Origin: Octopus sinensis
Lineage: Eukaryota
Length of the DNA stretch: 64,000 nucleotides
NCBI RefSeq assembly: GCF_006345805.1
Contig: NC_042997.1
Span: forward strand, 194,184,001-194,248,000
Reading direction: 5' to 3'
Under the pieces are notes generated by a model. That model was not told where the DNA came from, ran no database searches, and saw nothing but the letters and a program-made list of their open reading frames with translations. The translations under genes were made by a program, and so were the position numbers. Below are positions 38,960 to 51,659 of the stretch, piece after piece (positions within the stretch are counted from its first letter, which is position 1; each line of letters begins with the position of its first letter).

Positions 38960-39377
38960 GGTATTTTGTAACTTATTTCATAGTCTGGGTTGAAGTTCCA
39001 TCAAGGTCAAAACTGTGCCTTTCATCCTAACGAGAATAAAATAAAGTACAGGAATTGGTTTAACACTTTGCCTAACTGGTGACTCCTGCAGTTACAGAAC
39101 GAATATTATATTCGTTCAGCACCGCAGAAGTCACAGGTGGTATCCATGCTATAAATTAATATGATAATCTATGTAGTGAACTAGAACATATATATGGTGA
39201 AAATAATTTTTAATGCAGAATTTATGACGATATTAAATCGTCGGTGCAAAAAAAGTATGGCACAAAATGAACTTGGTTGGCCATTTTGTGTTGATATTCC
39301 TAAAGGTAATTGTAATTATCAGAAGAAGACTTTGCCTTTCATCCTTCCTGGAGGCCGATAAAATAAAGTACTGGTTA

Positions 39378-39780
39378 TAGGCGCAGGAGTGGCTGCGTTG
39401 TAAGTAGCTTGCTTACCAACCACATGGTTCCGGATTCAGTCCCACTGCGTGGTACCTTGGACAAGTGTCTTCTACTATAGCCTCGGACTGACCAATGCCT
39501 TGTGAGTGGATTTGGTAGGCGGAAACTGAAAGAAGCCCGTCGTATATATATATATTCTTTTGTTCTTTTATTTGTTTCAAATCAAGTACTTATTCTATCG
39601 GTCTCTCTTGCCGAACCGCTAAGTGACGGGGGGATTCTTTCAGTTACCGTCTACCAAATCCACTCACAAGGCTTTGGTCGGCCCGATGCTATAGTAGAAG
39701 ACACTTGCCCAAGGTGCCATGCAGTGGGACTGAACCCGGAACCATGTGGTTGGTAAGCAAGCTACTTACCACACAGCCAC
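39378..39780. mobile_element. Two SINE-A pieces in inverted orientation (39378-39545 +, 39588-39780 -)
   Basis: Both contain the tRNA/CORE-like head. Confidence 0.8.
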
Positions 39781-40744
39781 ATATGTATGTATACATGTGT
39801 CTATGTATATATATACACATATATATATATATATGTATATATATATAAATGTATTTATGTATGTATGTATGTATGTATGTATGTATGTATGTATGTATGT
39901 ATGTATGTATGTATGTGTGTGTCTGTGTCCTCCCTGAACATCGGTTCGGCAAAAAGTGACCGATAGAATAAGTACTGAGGCGGTTTAATAGTCCTAAAGG
40001 TGACTGGAATTATAAGAGAAGAAAACCTTGCCTTTCCTCCTCCTGGTGTTGATAAAATAAATATCATTTTGTACTAGGGTTGATTTACTCGACTCTATCC
40101 AAGCCACAAAACAATGCAAAGCGAAGCCTATAAGAACTAATATGCAGATTTTCTCCTAAAAACGAAAGTGAAACTAAATTGCGCTGAAAATGATGCCTGT
40201 GAAGCTCCATTATTTACATTAACTGAATGGCTTCACCATGCAATGTATATTCTCGTGGTATCTTAAGTATTTCATGAAAAAAAGCTAAGGTACACCACTT
40301 CAATAGATTCTATTCAGAAAGAACATCACTGAAAAGGAAATTCCGTGATGAGCATCACAGCACATGATAGCCAACACGGTTACATGAGACTGACGTAATA
40401 ATCCTTCACAGCTAATGAGTTATATATAAAGAATCGCTGGGAAATGGTGGCGTTGTTCTTTTACACACACACAGACACACACACACATACGTATATATAT
40501 ATATATATATATATATATGGATCGGTGAATCAGTGATCGTTTATATATAGGAGTGGCTGTGTGGTAAGTAACTTGCTTACCAACCACATGGTTCCGGGTG
40601 GGCAAGTGTCTTCTACTATAGCCTTGGGCCGACCAAAGCCTTCTGTGTGGATATGGTAGACGGAAACTGAAAGAAGCCCCTCGTATATATATATGTGTGT
40701 GTGTGTACACACACATACATATAATATGCGCGCACTCACAAGAC

Positions 40745-40924
40745 ATAGCAAAGCAGAGAAAGAAAGAAAGAAAAAAAGAGGGAAGGGGGAAGGAAGGAAA
40801 GAAGCATAGAAGGAAAGCAGGAAAGAAAGAAAGAAGGAAAGAAAGAAAGAAAGAAAGAAAGAAAGAAAAGAAAGAAAAGAAAGAAAAGAAAGAAGAAAGA
40901 AGAAAAAAGGAAAAAAAAAAGAAG

Positions 40925-40971
<47 letters not shown>

Positions 40972-40972
40972 G
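40745..40972. repeat. (GAAA)n-rich purine tract
   Basis: Direct reading. Confidence 0.95.
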
Positions 40973-41297
40973 ACGGATAGACAGACACAAAAAGAGCGAG
41001 CAAATTGATAGAGAGAGAGTAGGGATGAAAATAAAATGTATCTTTTGAAACTTGATCTTGTTCAAATAAGTTTATTCAATCACTAATAAACACAGTAACC
41101 TACAACTTGAAAGAAAGGCTTTTGGGCCCCCGTAGTGTTCATCTAGAGTCTATTAGGGTATTTACATTCCACGTAAAGTTCAGCTTTTAGTACATTCCTG
41201 TGTCTTCCCTTTGCTTTTATAGAAAGTATATATAACCATCTTGAAGTTTCCTTCATATGGTTTTCCCATTATGCCAGTTCATTACGTATGTGTAGAA

Positions 41298-41332
<35 letters not shown>

Positions 41333-41508
41333 AGTGCGTGTGTGTATGTGTGTGTGTGTGTGTGTGTGTGTATTTGTATGTGTGTGTGTATGTGTATTTG
41401 TGCTCTGTAAATTAAAAACCAAAATTTTCTCGCCTTATGCGTTCTGTTTTGACGAACTTTTAGAAAAGGTATTTAACAAAAATGCAATTGTTGTTGTTAT
41501 TATTATCC

Positions 41509-41540
<32 letters not shown>

Positions 41541-41808
41541 ACTCCAAGCCAGCACCAATCGAGCAGACATCCCTCAAAGTCATTCCGTCATTTCATACAT
41601 CTGCTACTATATCATCCAATGTGCCCTTCTTTTTTTTTAAGACTGTAGGATTTGATTAAAGGGAGATTTGACAAACATTTCTCGCATACTGAATGACCAC
41701 ATTTGAGGCTTAACCCTCGTGAATGTGTTGCGCGAGATGTTGAGAGGTAGAGAGAACGAACGGGGGAACAGCGAGGGTGTGTGCCACCCGGGGCAGTCCT
41801 TGAGCTTT

Positions 41809-41868
<60 letters not shown>

Positions 41869-42017
41869 GCCTCTCCGCACTCAGTACAAGCTTATACAGC
41901 AGACCCAAAAGTGCGCCCGTATAAAAGTGTCACCAAGAGCTGTTTGCCCCCATCGCATTCACCTAGTTATGCTACTGGCAAGGAATTCCAAAGGAACCAC
42001 GATATACGGAGAGAAGA

Positions 42018-42581
42018 CGTATTTTCTGACATACAAGTCAACGTAGTATATAAGTCGAGGTAGACCTTCCAGTCAGAAAATCAATGTTTAAGTCTATATT
42101 AATCGTATTGGTCGACTCCTTTTCAGATTTGATTTTAAATATTTGCTTTTATTTATGGTTATAACTGTACTTCAATATGAACACAAAGTTTCGTCTGTCT
42201 TCACATTCTGAGTTCAAATTCTGCCGAGGTAGACTTTGCCTTTCATCCCTTCGAAGTCACTAAAATAAGTACCAGTCGAGCACTGGGGTCGATGTAATCG
42301 ACTTACCCTTTCTCCGAAACTGCTGGCTTCATGTCAAAGTTTGGAATCAATATGAATGCAAATTAAGTAGAAAGGAAATTAGCAGGTAATTAAAATTTTT
42401 TGCTATATGCTGTCATGATGCACATGAAGTGTTTCAAACAACGTAAATATCTTTCCAAATCCTGCTGCATTTCACGTGGAATTTACGGTCCTACAAAATC
42501 CTTTTGGAGCATAAGTCGACCGACCGTTTTTGACAGTAAATTTTAGTTTGAAAAATTCGACTTATATGCCGAGCAATACAG
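42018..42581. mobile_element. pogo/Tigger-like MITE with a SINE-B fragment inside
   Basis: Ends cgtattttctgacatacaagtc / gacttatatgccgagcaatacag|ta; internal ataagtcga repeats. Confidence 0.55.
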
Positions 42582-42599
42582 TAGTGTGGTAATTATTAT

Positions 42600-42960
42600 T
42601 GGGGTCCTAGGGATCACAATATGAACGACGAGTTGATGAGAGGCGAGTGAGCCTTTCGTGCCTGAGATGAGTGAAGGTAGATTCGAAAAGCAGAGGCCGC
42701 TGTAGTAGCGGTGGAAAAAGGCAAAGACAGGACACAGCACGACTCTGGTCCGGAGCTTGGAATGCATCGACGAGCGTCTTCGTGCCAATTAGTCGAATGC
42801 CCCTTTTCTTTAAATGCAGTGTAGGATTTCTGTCTATGTAACGGCAGCACCTGTCCCAGGCGTGGGAGCAGTAAGTACTCCATTGTGGGTCTCCCTCGAG
42901 CGTTGTAAAGAGTTTGTAGTTGTTGTGGTCTGAAACATTCTCAGCCCCTTAAGAGGAATT
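42600..42960 (-). mobile_element. CR1/Jockey-group LINE ORF2 C-terminal relic
   Basis: FRPQQLQTLYNARGRPTMEY..IRLIG..RAVSCLCLF..RYYSGLC across frameshifts. Confidence 0.7.
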
Positions 42961-43630
42961 CCAGTTTTCCTTCTTTTAGCTCATTTATTAATATCTCAAT
43001 GTTTCAGTTATCCCCTTGGACCTTGTTGTTATTGTTGTTGTTTTTGTTGCTGCTGCTGTTGTTGTTGTTATTGTTGTTGTTGCTATTGTTGTTGTTGTTG
43101 CTGATGATGATGATGTTGTTGTTTTCATATGCTTGTTTATTCTAAAGTAATTATATCTATGGAAAAACAGTCACTTTCTCTACTTGCGTGCTTTCCACTG
43201 ACAAACCGAAGACTATTCATTTATCTACTTAAAAAGATAGATAAACATCTGAGCTAGCAACCAAATCTCCTTTAAATTAGGCATGGCTGTGTGGTAAGAA
43301 GCTTGCTTCCCAATCACATGGTTCCAAGTTCTGTCCCGTTGCGTGGCACCTTGGACAAGTGTCTTCTACTTCCGGCGGCCCCCGACATTTTTCCCGCTAT
43401 AAATATAATAACTTTTTCTTTAACTGACTTATGTTTTACTTTTTTTTAGCGGCCCCCGGCCCCTTCATAAATTCAAGGTTTTGGATCTGACCCGAATATT
43501 AAAAAGGTTGAGAATTACTGACCGAAACTATACATTTAACTTTCAACACCAGTCCGCCAAGCTGTAAATAGATACAAGAAGGGGTACAGTAGTTGGAGCA
43601 CTATGTAATTACTGTGTGTATGCATTCATA

Positions 43631-43860
43631 TATTTCTTTATTGCCCACAAGGGGCTAAACATAGAGGGGACAAACAAGGACAGACAAGCGGATTAAGTCG
43701 ATTACATCGACCCCAGTGTGTAACTGGTACTAATTTAATCGACCCCGAAAGGATGAAAGGCAAAGTCGACCTCGGCGGAATTTGAACTCAGAACGTAGCG
43801 GCAGGCGAAATACTGCTAAGCATTTCGCCCAGCGCGCTCACGTTTCTGCCAGCTCGCCGT
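43631..43860 (-). mobile_element. SINE family B, full length, T tail
   Basis: TSD actgtgtgtatgcat on both sides. Confidence 0.9.
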
Positions 43861-44001
43861 CTTATGCATACTGTGTGTATGCATATATAGCCAAAGTGAT
43901 ACAGTGGCTATATATGCACAGAGCTCTATAATGCAATGCTATGTTGTTTATTTAAAATCCTTCAAAATCTAATGCAAATTTCTGTTTCTGTTTCATTACA
44001 G

Positions 44002-44434
44002 CTCACAACGAACCACAGATCAAGGGACTGCAAAGGGTGTTCAAAAGATTTTGTAAACGAACGGTCTTATTACAGAGTGAAAGGTGAGCGAGGAGAACCA
44101 GGGCTGCCAGGAAAAGATGGGCGCCCTGGATTGGCGGGCAGACCTGGGCCTAAAGGAGAACGAGGTCCCACCGGTCCTGTCGGAATGCCAGGACGTCCTG
44201 GAGATACAATAAACAGAAGAAAAGACAGAAAACCATATCGTGTGGCCGGTCCACCTGGGCCCCCGGGTTTACCAGGACCTCCCGGACCACCGGGCCCACG
44301 TGGACCGACTGGGTTATCAGGTATCCCTGGATTACCAGGGGTAAATGCTGTTGAGAAAACAGATTCAGTTGGACATTCGGAAGGACCTGGATTACATGGC
44401 AGGTTTAGCAAAGCTGGCTCTGATGATATACGAG
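44002..44434 (+). CDS. COL26A1-like: Exon of COL26A1/EMID1-like gene: two interrupted collagen segments
   Basis: Acceptor ttctgtttcattacAG, donor CGAG|GTATGA; 433 nt, phase 0 to 1; [13 protein letters not shown].. then 14 Gly-X-Y triplets, a basic linker, and 11 triplets. ORF 43936..44487 overruns both splice sites. Confidence 0.92.
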
Positions 44435-45144
44435 GTATGAAACCAAATCTCTTTTTTTCTTTCTCTGTCTCTTTAATACCATTATAATTATGGATTAATC
44501 AGATCCACAAGAGAGTCCAACTTGCGACCTCAGTGGCATTGATCAGTACTGTGTTAATAACAGCAGCTTTGCGTGCATGTATGTATGTATTTAATTTTCA
44601 ATACTTTGTAGGACATATACGCATTTCATCAAAATGCCGAAATAATTACATAACACTTGTAGAAATAGTACGCGATCATGCACCTAACCTCATCAGTGTC
44701 CGGCAGCAAATACATTCATCCATAAATATAGTGACAACTTATCATTTGATGAATAACTTCGAATTCACAGCTTGTACCTGACATAAGATATATCTAACAT
44801 ACACGGGTTACTATACTCTTCACTGGTCACTTTGTTAGCCGTGTCCATTACATGGAGTACTTACTAAGATATTCGCCTGGATTTCTTTAATCCCTATTTT
44901 CTATCGCTATATAATAAATACATACATACATACATACATACATGCATATATACATACATACACACATACATACATATGTGAATAAATATTCATATATGTA
45001 TGTATACATGTACAAAGGTATGCATATGTATATATATTTATGTGTGTGTGTGTGTGTGTGTGTAATTGTATGCATGTATATACACACACATACATATAAA
45101 TAAACACACATATACACACTACACACACGCATAATTATATATAC

Positions 45145-45528
45145 GTTTCTACTCTAGGCACAAGGCCTGAAATTTTAGGGGAGGGGTCTAGTCGATTAGA
45201 TCGATCCCAGTACGCAACTGGTACTTAATTTATCGACCCCCGAAAGGATGAAAGGCAAAGTCAACCTCGGCGGAATTTGAACTCAGAACGTAAAGACAGA
45301 CAAAATACCTATTTCTTTACTACCCACAAGGGGCTAAACAAGGACAGACAAAGGGGTCGAGTCAATTACATTCTTCCCATTGCGTTACTGGTACTTATTT
45401 AATCGACCCCGAAAGGATAAAAAGCAAAGTCGACCTCGGCGGAATTTGAACTCAGGACATAGCGGCAGACGAAATACCGCTAAGTATTTCGCGCGGCGTG
45501 CTAACGATTCTGCCAGCTTGCTGCCTTC
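45145..45528 (-). mobile_element. SINE-B dimer (T-tailed copy joined into a U-tailed copy)
   Basis: Junction caaaatacc|tatttc near 45309. Confidence 0.85.
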
Positions 45529-45892
45529 AACGCCAGAAACATAGCAACAAAAGTGTTAAATAAAGGTTTTGAGATTAAAGTTTTCTCAAAATAAGCTGCG
45601 TGGTTAAGAAACATGCTTTCCAACCGCGTGGTTACGGGGTCAGTCGCACTCTCCAGCACATTGGACAAGTGCCTTCTACTATTACCTGGGACCAATCAAT
45701 ACCTTGCATGTGAATTTGGTAGACGGAAACGGAATCGAAACCCGACGTGAGTGTGTGTTTGTGTTTGTCCACCTCTCAGCACTTGGCAACCGGCGATGGT
45801 TTGTTTATGCCCCTGTAACTTAGCATTTCGGCAAAAGATACCAACAGGATTAGTACTAAACTTTTCAATAATGTCGATTTGTTCGACTAAAC

Positions 45893-46518
45893 AAGTGGTT
45901 CTCAACTTATATGGATCCCCAAGGACCATATAGCCCTTGGGGGTCCATATAAGATTTTGTTGTTAAAATTTATCTGAAATAAATTGGTTATTCTTAGGCG
46001 TAGGAGTGGCTGTTTGGTAAGTAGCTTGCTTACCAACCACATGGTTCTGGGTTCAGTCCCATTGCGTGGCACCGTGGGCGGATTTGGTAGACGGAAACTG
46101 AAAGAAGCCCGTCGTATGTATGTATATATATGTTTGTGTATGTGTATATATGTTTGTGTGTCTGTGTTTGTCCCCCCAACATCGCTTGTCAACCGATGCT
46201 GGTGTGTGTTTACGTCCCCGTAACTTAGCGGTTCGGCAAAAGAGACCGATAGAATAAGTACTAGGCTTACAAAGAATAAGTCCTGGGGTCGATTTGCTCG
46301 ACTAAAAGCGGTGCTCCAGCATGGCCGCAGTCAAATGAGTGAAACAAGTAAAAGAGTAAAAGAGTAATACACAAAATATTCTAACAATTTTTTTTTATAT
46401 AATTTTTCATAATATTTACTTATAAAAGGATTTTTAAACATCAAATGGCTACGGGGCTCCATCCTAGTTAAACAGGAATCAAAGGGGTCCACAGGTAAAA
46501 AATGCTTGAGAACCACTG
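45893..46518. mobile_element. hAT (Charlie-like) MITE inside a SINE-A and containing another SINE-A (45996-46366)
   Basis: TIR (c/a)agtggttctcaa; 8-bp TSD gactaaac / gattaaac; related left end at ~47901. Confidence 0.8.
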
Positions 46519-47151
46519 GATTAAACCCTTCAAGATGGTGCTCCAGCATGGCCGCTCTCTAATGACTAAAACAAGTAAAAGATAAAAGCTAAACGATATA
46601 ATCCTTTCTACTATAGACACAAGGTCTGAAATTGTTGGGAAGGGGACTAGTCGATGACATTGACCCTAGTGTTTTACTGCTACTTAATTTATCGACCCCG
46701 AAAGAATGAAAGGCAAAGTCGACCTCGACAGAATTTGAACTCAGAACGTAAGGACGGGTGCTAAAAGATATAATATGGACGATATAACGTAATTAATCAT
46801 AGAAAGGTGCGCTGTATAATGAAAATATTTGGAGTTCTAAAATAGAAGGTTAAATGTTTGTGGGGTGAAAGGTGGGGCTGAGAAGGAAAAGGAAAAATCC
46901 CTATTGAATTCTTTGAGGTCATAAAGAGATAGGAAAGAATTTTAAAGCACGTGTGCTTGTGTGTTTGTGGGTGGATGCATGCGCACGCGTATTAAATGAG
47001 CTTTTTGTACGATTTTTAGAAAATATGCGATGGTATAAATATAGCAATTGATAAAAAGATTAAAGTTTAAAGCTTATGGAGGTATGTGATTTATAGTGTG
47101 TAGTTTATCATTTTAAGTATTCATCGGTATATAATTGAGCAGTTGAGATAA

Positions 47152-47186
<35 letters not shown>

Positions 47187-47430
47187 CACACACACATATA
47201 TATATATAAGTATGTTTACATGTATAGAATAAGCAGAGCAAGAGCACACACGAAGACGGTAAGTGTCGGTGAGGAGGTCACAGGTGTGTGACGAAAGATC
47301 TCCGGACGCGGGACATGAGTTAGAATAAGAACAGCAATAAACGAGTGACGAACGAATATATATATTGCGTGTGATTATTTGAAAAAAAAAAGACTGTCCC
47401 AAAATATAACAATATAACAATATATATATA

Positions 47431-47617
47431 GGGAGAATTCACAAGAAAAAACAAAAGACGAAGACAGGAGGTGTAGACAACAAACAGATGTATTAGTATA
47501 ACGCTCGGGAAGTGAAAAAGTCTTTAACGTTTCGAGCCTACGCTCTTCCACAGAAAGGAACACAGAAAGAAACAAGGAGAGAAAATAAAGCATGTGTAGT
47601 GGCTAGCAATCTATCAT
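47431..47617 (-). mobile_element. Penelope-LTR-like short element with hammerhead-like motif, copy 1
   Basis: Reverse complement of ctgtggaagagcgtaggctcgaaacgtt; TA-rich flanks; copies at 49922-50049 and 53046-53206. Confidence 0.65.
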
Positions 47618-48142
47618 AGCGAAGGGTGTATACATATATATATATACATAATGTATGTATGTACACACACATAAGTTGGAAAGAAAGTTCTGATGCATTT
47701 CAAGTTGAGGAAAGAAACAACTGCGTCTTCGATCTTAACTGATATATTTAAATATACTTAATCAAGATAATATTCCACCGCGTTATTAATAAAATAATTC
47801 CATTTCTCTGGAAATCGTTGATTCTTCGGACATGAAATTCTTCAGGTTTCGAACGATATTCTAAGCTTTTTACAATTACTAAACTGTTTTCCCTCTAAAT
47901 CAGTGATTCTCAACCATTTTTCCCTATGGAACCCTTTCATCCTTATTTCACTCAGTGGACCCTCGTAGTCATTCGATATCTTTTTTTTAATCCCACTATG
48001 TCTTAATAATTAAATATTAAGAATTGTATAAAAAAATTGCTGAAATATTTTATTTATTGTAGAAATATAACCAATTCCTTCTTTTCTACTCTTGGCACAA
48101 GGCCCGCCATTACTTATAATATCGACATATACTAAATAGCTT

Positions 48143-49504
48143 ATAGTCACATATTTACTTAACTATGAAAATACTTATGTATGCCAAAAAAATTATTTTT
48201 TCAAATAGTTAAACACATAAATAAAGGCGATCAAACGAAAGGGAAGAGAAAAAGGAAGATTAAAGGAGAGTATAAGAATATAAAAATAAAATCAAATAGA
48301 TATCTGGTCTGTCTTTACGTTCTGAGTTCAAATTCCGCCGAGGTGGACCCTTTCATCCTTTCGGGGTTTGTAATCAGGTTATTTACACAGCTACGTCCCC
48401 CAAAATTTCTGGCTTTGTGCCTAGAGTAGGAAAGAATAAAGATAGAATCAGCTGAAAAGCTTTTACTAATTGTGAAGTCGAACTTGTATGTCTATCGCCG
48501 ATTATTTCTGCTTCATTCATCACTGACTCGAGGTAACTGAGTACACTGATTGTGAACTGTGTTACGCTTATCACGAATTGATCTGTAATAACATGGGTCG
48601 GTGATCAAAGTTTCTGCTTGGGCCGCAAAAGTGAGCCCCAACGACCATCCACAATGCTCAAAACAACTTAGTGTTACGGAACAAAAACTATTTTTCCTAT
48701 ACCTTCTATTATTCGTTTGTCATTGATTCAATAAAGTGTTTTGAGAATGAAAATCATACGTGATATACGAGGATATATGTATTATGTAAGTTGTACTGAA
48801 ATGGCTGTGTAAATATCTTTTTCTACTCTTGGCACAAGGCCTGAAATTTTGAGTGCGGGAGCTAGTCCTTTAGATCTACCCCAGTACGCAACTGGTACTT
48901 AATTTATCGACCCCGAAAGCGGTAGACGAAATACTGTTAAGCATTTCGTGCGGCGTACTAACGGTTCTGCCAACTTGCCGCCTTACAAGTACCAATAATA
49001 GTCCTTTCTACTATAGGCACAAGGCTTGGAATTTGTGGGGGAGAGGACAGTCGATTACATCGACCCCAGTACTTGACCAGTTCTTAATTTATTGATCCCG
49101 AAAGGTTGAAAGGCAAAGTCGACCTCGGCGGAATTTGAACTCAGAACGTAAAGACAGACTTGGCTGTGTAAATATACTTTACTACTCTTGGCACAAGGCC
49201 CGAAATTCCATTAGATCGACTCCAGTACGCAACTGGTACTTAATTTATCGACCCCAAAAGGATGTAAGGCAAAATCGACCTCGGCGGAATTTGAACACAG
49301 AACATAAAGACAGACGAAATGATTCCATCTTTATTACATCAAAGATATCTATTTGATTAAATTTTTATATTCTTATATTCTCCTTTAATCTTCCTTTTTC
49401 TTTTCCCTTTCGTTTGATCGCCTTTATTTATGTGTTTAACTATTTAAAAAAATAATTTTTTGGCATACATAAGTATTTTTATAGTTAAGTAAATATGGGA
49501 CTAT
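48143..49504. repeat. Inverted duplication, ~162-bp AT-rich arms (48143-48305, 49343-49504)
   Basis: Arms are near-perfect reverse complements; inner sides continue into oppositely oriented SINE-B pieces. Confidence 0.88.
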
Positions 49505-49836
49505 GTATAAATAACCTGATTACAAACGATTAAAAATTGCCTAAAATAATTTTTAAAAATACATGATAAGATTTAGTTTTTAAAATGAACACGATCGTAC
49601 GTAAAGCATACAGAGATATGCAAATATAGTAAAACCATCTTTTACTTGCTTCAGTCACTAGACTGAGGCCATACTGGGGCATCGCCTTGAAGAATTTATA
49701 AGTCAAATGAATCGACCTGAGTACTTTGTTTTTTTTCTAAAGCCTGTTACTTATTCTATCGGTCTCTTTTTGCCGAATCGCTTTGTCACCGGGACATAAT
49801 AAACCAACACCGGTCGTCAAGCAGTGGGGTGGTTAT

Positions 49837-49921
<85 letters not shown>

Positions 49922-49924
<3 letters not shown>

Positions 49925-50046
49925 CTTCCTGTGGAAGAGCGTAGGCTCGAAACGTTAAACACTTTTTCACTTCCCGAGCGGTATACTAGTACATCTGTTT
50001 GTTGTCTACACCACCTGTCTTCGTCTTTTATTATTTTGTGAATTCT

Positions 50047-50049
<3 letters not shown>
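49922..50049 (+). mobile_element. Penelope-LTR-like element, copy 2, inside the (TA)n of a SINE-A
   Basis: Long (TA)n on both sides; ends gtgaattctccc. Confidence 0.65.
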
Positions 50050-50119
<70 letters not shown>

Positions 50120-51659
50120 CATACATACATACATACATACATACATACATACATACATACATACATACATACATACATACGACGAGCTTCTTTCAGTTTC
50201 CGTCTACCAAATCCACTCACAAGGCTTTGATCGGTCCATGGCTATAGTAGAAGACACTTGCCTAAGGTGCCACGCAAGGGGACTGAACCCAGAACCACGT
50301 GGCTGAGAAGCAAACTTCTTACCACACATCCACACTTCACCCTAGCCACGCCGCCGCCTAGACATCCCTGCGCCTAGTCATAAATATCTAGATTCAAACA
50401 TAATGAACGCAATAGAAACTCACGAATGCACATACCTGTACACACGAGTGCACGCAATGTTTTTTTTTTTAAGTGTTTTTTTTATATTAATTGCAGAATC
50501 ATTCAATAGTTTTCAATAGAGTATCATATTTTATTTTTATAAAGAAAACATTGACAATTACTTTGAAGTTTTGCCTTAGTCGCCTTCGTGGTCGAAGAAG
50601 GCAACTAAACCGAGTCTTTGCAGTACATTCCTAGTATTTGGGTGTGCGTATGTGCATGTTCGTATGCATGTACGTACATATGTATGTATGTATGTGTATA
50701 TGTATCTACAACCTCGTTTAGGCTTAGCAACCCTTCCTGTTTGTTTTTACTGTCCTGTTTGTGTTACCTATTTTGACCCTCCGCAAAATCTCAAATTTTA
50801 TTTAATTTGCTTTGCGGGAGCAACTGTTTTATCGAAAGCGTATATTGTTGTTAAATGCTCGAAATAAGAGACTAGAGAAACAGCCAACGACTGATGAAGG
50901 ATCACTCTTTATGTTGTTTGTTTTGTTTTCCATTTGTGTCTTTCGTAGTTCGAAAGAATAATTCATGTTCCATGTACTCGTGCTGCGTACTTTTTGTGTT
51001 ACACGTTTCATGACGTCCTGTGCCCACATATGCATATATTATTTATATTATTATATGTATGTATACACAGACTTGCACACAGGCAACCTCTGAGAAACTT
51101 TTATCCACTTGAAATTGGAGTTTTAAGTTTCAAATAGCGCTGAAATCTTCAGTTAAATCTTTTTAAAAAACGATTAATGATAAAACGTGAAAAATATTTA
51201 ACTTTTAGTGTACCCAGCTTTGACGATTGAAAAAACTATTAATTAATATATCACAGATTATATCGTGCTGACGATTTCTAAAAAGAAAGAAATAGTGCTA
51301 AACTTGATCACCACTGCCTAAAAAATAAGTACTTCGTAATCAGTAAGCAAAAGCAAAGGTTAATGAAATGGTTTTTCTGTTTGTTTGCTTTTTTCTTAAT
51401 CTGCAAAATTTCGAAACAAAACTACCAAAGTTACTTATACAGAAGAAAAAAAATATTTACACCCCTGAAACCTAGATATACTGACCAAGAAACCTCACCT
51501 CAAGCCAGTTGCAGCGTATCCGTCTCAGTGACTAGGTCACAGTTAGCAAGACGGAAGTTTTGACTCTAAATATTAAATAAGAGAAGTTAACAGGTTTTTG
51601 TATGTTCTTGAAAGACTAATATATTTCTTTCATACTGTAATTGCTTTACTTTCAACTCA

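Noticed and set aside
37906-39139. Phase 1 to 0 micro-exon candidates at 37906-37928 and 39120-39136
   Set aside because: Unnecessary once 34445-34506 supplies the phase change; donors are weak.
41612-41908. RING-like CGHSVCEKC motif
   Set aside because: First zinc pair missing, no splice context, and the codons overlap a decayed copy of the tagaaatagcagccaaatctccc repeat.
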